From contig NIVC01001988.1 of NCBI GenBank assembly GCA_002269645.1, positions 124,001-188,000 on the forward strand: a stretch of 64,000 nucleotides of DNA, given 5' to 3'. The stretch is from Macrostomum lignano. Its lineage: Eukaryota. Positions within the stretch are counted from its first letter, which is position 1. The number at the start of each line of letters is the position of its first letter. Below, piece by piece: positions 24,010-32,770 of this stretch. Under the pieces are notes generated by a model that was given only the letters and a program-made list of their open reading frames with translations, had not been told where the DNA came from and searched no databases. Both the position numbers and the translations under genes were made by a program.

Positions 24010-24583
24010 GACTCCCCGAGCCTGCGCCTTTTTCCCCGGCCTTGTGCGGCTCCTTCGCGACATTCGCGATGTCGACGACGACATTGTTGGCGAGGAGGCC
24101 ACGCCGCTGACGTGCCCGGAGGTCGTCGCCGAGGATGGCGACGATGCTCACCTGCGCCGCCTGCTGCTGCGCCTCGGCGAAGGCGAAACCATTCGGCGGG
24201 CCAGCCTGGTGGCGCTCAGCGACACCGGGTCTCGCGAGGTCGCCCTGCTGTGGCGGCTGGACGGCCGCTGCCGGGTGTACAGCTCCGACGTTGGCCAACT
24301 CCGTCCCGACGGTGATGACGACGCCGAAGGCCAGCGGGACGCCATCGGCAAGGCGGTCTGCCGCGGCCGCAAAGCCTGCCGCCTGCTGTACCTGCCGAGC
24401 TCCGACTCCGCTTTCGCCGGCGCGCACGGCCAGTGGTCGCGCGACGTGTCTGTCGGCAGCGTCTGCCTGCCGGAGCAGCTGGCGATGCGGGCGCTGCTGC
24501 TGCTGGCCCAGAGCACCGGCCAGCTGGCGCCGGGCTTCCGGCGGGTGCACGGATTTTACTGCGGCTTTGTGCCGTACGGCTGA
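23219..24583 (+). CDS. UBE3D: E3 ubiquitin-protein ligase E3D-like (HECT_2 family), single coding exon
   Basis: LCSFCSASL, YFCH, VVCARCRSPVG, ALLWRLDG, RLLY..W..D.SV..V.LP....LLLL..ST..L....RRV.GF follow the UBE3D motif order. First non-repeat ATG at 23219 (or 23246). Confidence 0.8.
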
Positions 24584-24850
24584 ACTGGAGGCAGGACAGA
24601 ATCCTTTGTTAGATATGGCTGCATTATGATTTTGTAATTAATTTTTACCTGTCTGAACTCAGATTTATGCTTTCTTGCTTTTTTAATATATGTAATTATT
24701 AGTGTTAAATATTTAATATTCTGAATTAAATTCCATTCCGTTGCTTAAAACTCAAATCCCGAGTCAAAATCTAAATCCCAACTTACAACCCCAATTTTAT
24801 TGCTTAAAATCTAAATTTTAAAGCCCAAGTATATCTATCCTGTTAGTTTG

Positions 24851-25640
24851 CAACCCAAAATCCCTATCCTGTAGCTCATCATTCCCCATCCTGTAGCCTC
24901 AAATCCCAATCCTGTAGGTCAAAATCCCCATCCTGTAGCTCGAAATCCCATCCTGTAGCTCGAAATCCCCATCCTGTAGACTCAAATCCCAATCCTGTTG
25001 CTCGAAATCCCCATCCTGTAGCTCCAAATCCCTATCCTGTTGCTCGAAATCCCCATCCTGTAGCTCCAAATCCCAATCCTGTTGCTCGAAATCCCCATCC
25101 TGTAGACTCAAATCCCAATCCTGTAGCTCCAAATCCCAATCCTGTTGCTCGAAATCCCCATCCTGTAGCTCCAAATCCCTATCCTGTAGCTCGAAATCCC
25201 CATCCTGTAGCTCGAAATCCCATCCTGTAGCTCGAAATCCCCATCCTGTAGACTCAAATCCCAATTCTGTAGGTCAAAATCCCCATTCTGTAGCCCAAAA
25301 TCCCATCCTGTAACCCAAAATCCCCATTCTGTAGCCCAAAATCCCATCCTGTAACCCAAAATCCCCATTCTGTAGCCCAAAATCCCATCCTGTAACCCAA
25401 AATCCCTATTCTGTAGCCCAAAATCCCATCCTGTAACCCAAAATCCCATCCTGTAACCCAAAATCCCCATTCTGTAGCCCAAAATCCCATCCTGTAACCC
25501 AAAATCCCCATTCTGTAACCCAAAATCCCCATTCTGTAGCCCAAAATTCCCTATTCGGTAACCCAAAATCCTCATCCTGTAACCCAAAATCCCTATCCTG
25601 TAACCAAAAATTCCCATCTATATCCCAAAATCCCCATCCC
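24851..25640. repeat. 20-21-bp minisatellite (AAATCCCCATCCTGTAGCTCG and variants)
   Basis: Directly visible, with variants changing along the array. Confidence 0.95.
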
Positions 25641-27314
25641 AAACTCCTCAGCCAAGCTTCATCACTAATAAACGTCTCATTATCCATAGCCGCGCTGTGC
25701 GCATTTCTGCACAGTTTCTGTATTGTCTCAATTTAATTTGCTGGGCAAATATAAACAAAAATATTTGAAAAGCTTATCCCAAAATTTGGTGACTGTTTAG
25801 TGCCTAAAATTTGCGTATCAATAAACCTGTCAGAATTCAAGCCGTTCATGCGGCTTAGATTGGTCTAATCGATACCCGATGCAGCATTGTTGGCGCTTTA
25901 TTATTTATTTGTATATCATTTTAGTCTTGTAGGCTCCCTTGTCTTCTTAGCCCAGCCGTGCATGTCTAAGCAGCTGCATGCAGTGCCAGCCGAGAGCTTT
26001 CCAACTCAGCATGCCGTGACCCGGGCGTGATTGATCCAGAAGCAGCGCAGACTACAGTTTCCTTCTATCTCCTGTTCTATATATGGCTTGTCTCCCCGTA
26101 TCACAGGCTCCAAACTAATTTCTCTTCGAAGAGATCTTTTTTTAAAGGATTCTCTTACTGCCAAGGCGTGTCTGGAATGCGTAATTTGAGTGCAGTTGAG
26201 CTGGGCCACTGCTGGCACTGTACAGATACTGGCTCATGGACCTCTAATTCTATAGAATCTTGGAAATGATACATGCACTTATATTAGCTTGGGTGGGGTT
26301 TAGGCGGTTGCGGCAATTAAATCTCTGATTTTTCGGCACCAAACTCTTATCAAGTTTTTTAGTTTTTTTGGTAATTTCAAAGACGCTGTTGTATAGGATT
26401 TGTAAACTTGTACGCTTAGTGATGGCTGCCTAATCTCCCGAGGATACGGCTGGGGTTCTGAACCGCGTTTTGAGCACATTCGCAGTTGTAATGTTGCTGT
26501 TCTCTGGAATGCACAACTATCTGCCAGCTGGGTTGCTGGCGGCTGCTGCACTCCGCCGGCCCCGCTGTCTCCCCCGCTGAGGATGAGCCGAATAGGCTGC
26601 CCTGGGCATCGGCATGCAGGACAAACTTTTCAGAATGAAAACAGGGCGTATTCCCCAGCGCATCGGATTGTAATTACCTCTGGTGCCCATGCGGCTCACC
26701 CCATCTGCACGAATGGGGGCATCTGGGGACCGCTTGATGGGGCGTTGAGACCTCCGGGGGGCAGCGGCGGCTGCGGCAGGAAGTGGGCATTGCGGAGCTT
26801 TGCATAGAAATTTGCCGGCTCTCAGTCAACTCCGCGGTCCGCAGCCACACATTTCGCGCACTCACTGCTCCGGCGGGGAGTGCGGCATCAGGGAATTTTG
26901 GACAGCTCATCCCGATGGGGCCCGCGGGGAGTGAGGAGTCTGTGGCGCGTGCCAGCCAGTCCATTAATTCCATGCCTAATCTGCCGAACTGCCGATAAAT
27001 TCGACACTTTGCGGGGCTGGCGTCTTTTTTCGGCCGCCGGATTTTATTTCCAAAAGCTCTTAGCTCGGCTCGTTAAATACGTAGCGAAATTGGGTTTTAT
27101 TTATTACTGCATGGGTCAGCCTTGTCCAAGTTTGCTCTCAGCTCTGGAGTATTGCATTTCTTGCAGTATTCGTCACATATTTCCTATTTTATTTGGTTCC
27201 GGCTTTAATTCACATGAATTATTCATTAAAATATTAGTCATACTGCTCCAATCAGCCCTACTGACTCCAGCGCATGGAATTACATGCTTCTTAATGCCAC
27301 AAGCCTGCACAGAA

Positions 27315-27925
27315 CACAGTCCACTTCCCAGCACAGCCTCCCCCACCATCAGTGTGCATGTGCGCCTGCAGTCCACTCCCCAGCACAGCCTCCCCCACCA
27401 CCAGTGTGCATTTACGCCTGCAGTCCACTCCCCAGCACAGCCTCCCCCACCACCAGTGTGCATGTACGCCTGCAGTCCACTCCCCAGCACAGCCTCCCCC
27501 ACCACCAGTGTGCATGTACGCCTGCAGTCCACTCCCCAGCACAGCCTCCCCCACCACCAGTGTGCATGTACGCCTGCAGTCCACTCCCCAGCACAGCCTC
27601 CCCCACCACCAGTGTGCATGTACGCCTGCAGTCCACTCCCCAGCACAGCCTCCCCCACCACCAGTGTGCATGTACGCCTGCAGTCCACTCCCCAGCACAG
27701 CCTCCCCCACCACCAGTGTGCATGTACGCCTGCAGTCCACTCCCCAGCACAGCCTCCCCCACCACCAGTGTGCATGTACGCCTGCAGTCCACTCCCCAGC
27801 ACAGCCTCCCCCACCACCAGTGTGCATGTACGCCTGCAGTCCACTCCCCAGCACAGCCTCCCCCACCACCAGTGTGCATGTACGCCTGCAGTCCACTCCC
27901 CAGCACAGCCTCCCGCACCATCAGT
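27315..27925. repeat. 52-bp minisatellite (CAGTCCACTCCCCAGCACAGCCTCCCCCACCACCAGTGTGCATGTACGCCTG), about 12 copies
   Basis: Period 52 (27421, 27473...); degenerate units continue to about 28010. Confidence 0.97.
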
Positions 27926-27931
27926 TGACAC

Positions 27932-28684
27932 ATGCTAGGCCACTCCCCAGTACAGAGGCTCCCGCACAATGGTGTGGCCACTCCCCAGCACAGAGGCTCC
28001 CGCACATGTTGGCTACGTACGAAATCGAACCGCCCACCTGCACTCAACCCGCAGCCATCGACTCAACAGAAGACTTTCAGCCTGGTTGTGGCCGCGGCCA
28101 CCAACGGCGTGATCGGGCGGGACGGCGGCCTGCCCTGGGGCTACGGGCTGAAGACCGACTTGAAATTCTTCCGCCTGGTAACCAGTGGCCCCGCCAAGCC
28201 GTCGGCTGCGGACTCGCGGCGCAATCTGATCATCATGGGCCGTCGCACCTGGGACTCCCTGCCGCGCAAGCCGCTGCCCAACCGCCTGTCCGTGGTGCTC
28301 ACCCGCTCTCCGGATGAGCTTCAGCCCCGCCTGCCGGACGGTGTCCGAGCCGCAGCCAGCCTGGACGCCGCCCTGGCTCTCGCCGATCCGGACGGCCCGC
28401 TGGCTGCCTCAGTCGCCGAAATCCACGTGATCGGCGGGGCCGCCGTGTACGCCGAGGCGGCCCGGCATCCGCGCCTCGGCCGGATCTACTTCACCCGCGT
28501 GTTTGACGACAACTGCATCGGCGACTGCCGATTCCCGGACAGCCTGGACTGGTCCGAGTTCGTCCAGCTGCCGCCGGATCGGCTGCCGGAGCATCTCCGG
28601 GCGGAGTTCAGCTTCGATAGGCAGATCGAGGCCGGGCTCGAGTTCCAGTTCACCGTGTGGGACCGACGCGGTGACCTTGAATGA
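27932..28684 (+). CDS. DHFR: Dihydrofolate reductase, single coding exon; start uncertain (catalytic domain from about 28075)
   Basis: SLVVAAATNGVIGRDGGLPW, KTDLKFF, IIMGRRTWDSLPRKPLPNRLSVVLTR, IHVIGGAAVY, IYFTRV, GDCRFP. Confidence 0.93.
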   Translation: MLGHSPVQRLPHNGVATPQHRGSRTCWLRTKSNRPPALNPQPSTQQKTFSLVVAAATNGVIGRDGGLPWGYGLKTDLKFFRLVTSGPAKPSAADSRRNLIIMGRRTWDSLPRKPLPNRLSVVLTRSPDELQPRLPDGVRAAASLDAALALADPDGPLAASVAEIHVIGGAAVYAEAARHPRLGRIYFTRVFDDNCIGDCRFPDSLDWSEFVQLPPDRLPEHLRAEFSFDRQIEAGLEFQFTVWDRRGDLE

Positions 28685-29235
28685 CCTTTTATTAACCTGA
28701 ACAATCTGAAATGACCTTCAATGGCCTTGAGTATCCCAGAAGGACCTTGAATAAGTCTGAGTGACCTTGAGTAACCTGAATGACCTTGAGTAACCTGAAT
28801 GACCTTGACTAAGCCTGAATGACCTTGACTAAGCCTGAATGACCTTGAGTAACCTGAATGACCTTGAATAAGCCTGAATGACCTTGACAAAGCCTGAATG
28901 AACTTGACTAAGCCTGAATGACCTTGACTAAGCCTGAATGACCTTGACTAAGCCTGAATGACCTTGACTAAGCCTGAATGACCTCGAGTAACCTGAATGA
29001 CCTTGACTAAGCCTGAATGACCTTGAGTAACCTGAATGACCTTGAGTAAGCCTGAACGACTTTGAGTAACCTGAATGTCCTTGACTAAGCCTAAATGACC
29101 TTGACTAACTCTGTAACTCGAATGAACCTGAATGAACTTCAACGACCTTGAACAACCCCAAATGACCTTGAATGACCCTGAATGACCTTCAGAGCAGAAT
29201 GAAGGTTCTTATGGAAATAGAGTGACCTTGAGCGA
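28672..29235. repeat. 20-bp minisatellite (TGACCTTGACTAAGCCTGAA)
   Basis: Directly visible; begins within the last DHFR codons. Confidence 0.93.
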
Positions 29236-29961
29236 CCATAGACTGTCTCTGATTGCAATTTGTTGACTTTGATTAGGCTTGTGAATTAAAATGACCTGTA
29301 ATAAGTCTGATTGAAGTTTAGCATCAAGCTACGAGCGTAAAATTGTGTTTAAATTTCAGTAGCCAAATTTTTTAAACTTCTTCGTTGCAATTACGAGCGT
29401 AATTAATTTTTTTACAGCATTTCGCATTAAATATTTGCTATTTTTTAATAACACTCAAATACATTTCATTGTTTCATTACTTGCAATTTATCCAAATCAA
29501 CTTTCAAAGCTGCAATAATTCGCTATTTACTGGTGGACAGCAAAAGTACATTTCTCTGAGCTATCATCATCCCTAGTTAAGCTCAGCAATCAAAGTTAGT
29601 AAAGGGCCCGGCATGCCTGGCCGCGTGTCTTGTTCGCCTTGTCGGGGGAATAAACTTCATTGCTAAGCAAGAGGGCCGGCCGATGCGGCTGGGAAATGCT
29701 CGATGCTGATGAGAATTCGATATCATGGGGTCTGAGCAGTAGATCTATCCGCGTCGCAGAGTTGAGAGGCCTTGCAGTCATTATTTGTGATGCAATTTGC
29801 TGCTCCTCAATGTCCGGCAGTCACCAAATAGCTTAGCGTTTTAGTAGCTCCCTAAAACCCACATTACAGACCGTAGCCTGACCATGGCGCAAGGACATTG
29901 TAATATACGGCACTGCGATGATATAGTGCACTCCAAACTTGGTCATTTATTTCAGGGTGGC

Positions 29962-30957
29962 ACCAGCAGTCGATGTGTTTATTCTGGGGTACGGGCCATA
30001 GACATTAGGAATCGGTAACTTGCAACAGCAGTCGATGTGTTTCTTCTGGGGTAGGGGCCATAGACATTAGGAATCGGTAACTTGCAACAGCAGTCGATGT
30101 GTTTCTTCTGGGGTAGGGGCCATAGACATTAGGAATCGGTAACTTGCAACAGCAGTCGATGTGTTTCTTCTGGGGTAGGGGCCATAGACATTAGGAATCG
30201 GTAGCTTGCAACAGCAGTCGATGTGTTTCTGCTGGGGTAGGGGCCATAGACATTAGGAATCGGTAACTTGCAACAGCAGTCGATGTGTTTCTGCTGGGGT
30301 AGGGGCCATAGACATTAGGAATCGGTAACTTGCAACAGCAGTCGATGTGTTTCTGCTGGGGTAGGGGCCATAGACATTAGGAATCGGTAACTTGCAACAG
30401 CAGTCGATGTGTTTCTTCTGGGGTAGGGGCCATAGACATTAGGAATCGGTAGCTTGCAACAGCAGTCGATGTGTTTCTGCTGGGGTAGGGGCCATAGACA
30501 TTAGGAATCGGTAACTTGCAACAGCAGTCGATGTGTTTCTGCTGGGGTAGGGGCCATAGACATTAGGAATCGGTAACTTGCAACAGCAGTCGATGTGTTT
30601 CTTCTGGGGTAGGGGCCATAGACATTAGGAATCGGTAGCTTGCAACAGCAGTCGATGTGTTTCTTCTGGGGTAGGGGCCATAGACATTAGGAATCGGTAA
30701 CTTGCAACAGCAGTCGATGTGTTTCTTCTGGGGTACGGGCCATAGACATTAGGAATCGGTAACTTGCAACAGCAGTCGATGTGTTTCTGCTGGGGTAGGG
30801 GCCATAGACATTAGGAATCGGTAACTTGCAACAGCAGTCGATGTGTTTCTGCTGGGGTAGGGGCCATAGACATTAGGAATCGGTAACTTGCAGCAGCAGT
30901 CGATGTGTTTCTGCTGGGGTAGGGGCCATAGACATTAGGAATCGGTAACTTGCAACA
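29962..30957. repeat. 62-bp minisatellite (GACATTAGGAATCGGTAACTTGCAACAGCAGTCGATGTGTTTCTTCTGGGGTAGGGGCCATA), about 16 copies
   Basis: Period 62 (30001, 30063...); very homogeneous. Confidence 0.98.
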
Positions 30958-31557
30958 AACGAAACGAAAATCAACAGGGGAAGTTGACATGCGGTCAGTT
31001 GTCAGCAATGGGCAGGCATTAAAAGTTAAAGGTGCATTCGTTGAATTTTCAAGAGTCCATTGTGACGCAGTCCTCCGTATGCTCCGTTAGAACGGACTCT
31101 ATAAGAATTCACCGTGCCGCATCATCTGCACGTGAGTCTTCTTTGGCACAGGGACTTGAACCCACGGCGTCTAAGTGGATTGTCCAGCGGAAAATAGTCC
31201 AGATCATCAGGGTGGGTCCGCCATTCGATAAAGTTGAACAGCTCCGCGTCATCCATGGTGGGCCTTGGCACTCAGTTCCGATATCAGGCTTTGTCGCTTG
31301 ACTGGGAGTGCAGGAAGGGCTTACCTTTTTTGAGCACGCTAATTGAGAGTGAGAAATGGGCAAGGGTTGCGTATAACAAATATGCTTGATTTTGATAACT
31401 ATTGCAGAATCGGAGAGATAAGAGAAGATAAAAATTCAATCGATGATTTAATTTTACACTTAAAGTAGACTCAGGACGCAGCGAATTAGGTGATAAAGAA
31501 GCTGTAAAATGAAATAAAACTGAGTAGCTGATTTACCTGATGGAATTTCCCCGCACC

Positions 31558-32770
31558 ATGGCGTCTCAAAAATTTTCCATGAGTCTGGCATTTGAGAAAT
31601 TCCTCTTAAGCCTTAGCATCTGAGAAATTCCCCTTGAGTCTTGGGATATTAGAAGTTCCCCTTGAGCCTTGCGCCTGGCATCTAAGAAATTTCCATTGAG
31701 CCTTGGCATCTGAGAAGTTCCCATTGAGTCTTGGCATCTAAGAAATTCCCCTTGAGCCTTGGAATCTAAGAAATTCCCATTGAGCCTTGGCATCTGAGAA
31801 GTTCCCATTGAGCCTTGCGCTTGGCATCTAAGAAATTACCCTTGAGCCTTGGCATCTAAGAAATTCCACTTCTGCCTTGGCATCTAAGAAATTCCCATTG
31901 AGCTTTGGAATCTAAGAAATTCCCATTGAGCCTTGGCATCTAAGAAATTCCCATTGTGCCTTGGCATCTAAGAAATTTCCCTTGAGCCTTGGCATCTAGG
32001 AAATTACCCTTGAGCCTTGGCATCTAAGAAATTCCACTTCTGCCTTGGCATCTAAGAAATTCCCATTGAGCTTTGGAATCTAAGAAATTCCCATTGAGCC
32101 TTGGCATCTAAGAAATTCCCATTGTGCCTTGGCATCTAAGAAATTCCCTTGAGCCTTGGCATCTAGAAATTACCCCTTGAGCCTTGGCATCTGAGAAATT
32201 CCCATTGTGCCTTGGCATCTGAGAAATTCCCCTTGAGCCTTGGCATCTAAGAAATTCCCATTGAGCCTTGGCATCTGAGAAATTCCCATTGTGCCTTGGC
32301 ATCTAAGAAATTCCCCTTGAGCCTTGGCATCTAAGAAATTCCCTTGAGCCTTGGCATCTAAGAAATTCCCCTTGAGTCTTGGCATCTGAGAAATTCCCCT
32401 TGAGTCTTGGCATCTGAAGAAATTCCCATTGAGCTTGGCATCTAAGAAATTCCCCTTGAGCCTTGGCATCTGAGAAATTCCCATTGAGTCTTGGCATCTG
32501 AGAAATTCCCATCGAGTCTTGGCATCTGAGAAATTCCCATTGAGTCTGGCATCTGAGAAATTCCCATTGAGTCTTGGCATCTGAGAAATTCCATTGAGCT
32601 TGGCATCTAAGAAATTCCCATTGAGTCTTGGCATCTGAGAAATTCATTGAGCCTTCATCCAGTTCCCATCAGCTGGGATCTGGCCCATTGCGCTTGCATC
32701 TAAGATCCCAGTCGGCATCTATTCCCATTGAGCCTTGGCATCTGAAAACGCCTTTCCTGGCATCTGAAAT
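31558..32770. repeat. 28-bp minisatellite (TTGGCATCTGAGAAATTCCCATTGAGCC), about 43 copies
   Basis: Directly visible; runs into the 5' end of the iGluR open frame. Confidence 0.96.

Noticed and set aside
23675-24550. Long antisense or alternate-frame ORFs over GC-rich genes (also within the LINE, iGluR, SETD2 and 59772-60352)
   Set aside because: Expected shadow ORFs of GC-rich codon usage; no independent motifs.
28075-28684. Bacterial horizontal origin of DHFR (NGVIGRDGGLPW, short SLPRKPLPNR loop, no introns)
   Set aside because: It also has eukaryote-type insertions before the IIMGR motif and near the C-terminus, and neighbouring genes are intron-poor too. A phylogeny would be needed; not supported as is.
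29962-30957. CRISPR-like regular array
   Set aside because: Units are contiguous near-identical repeats with no unique spacers, there are no cas genes, and the context is eukaryotic. The same holds for all other arrays.
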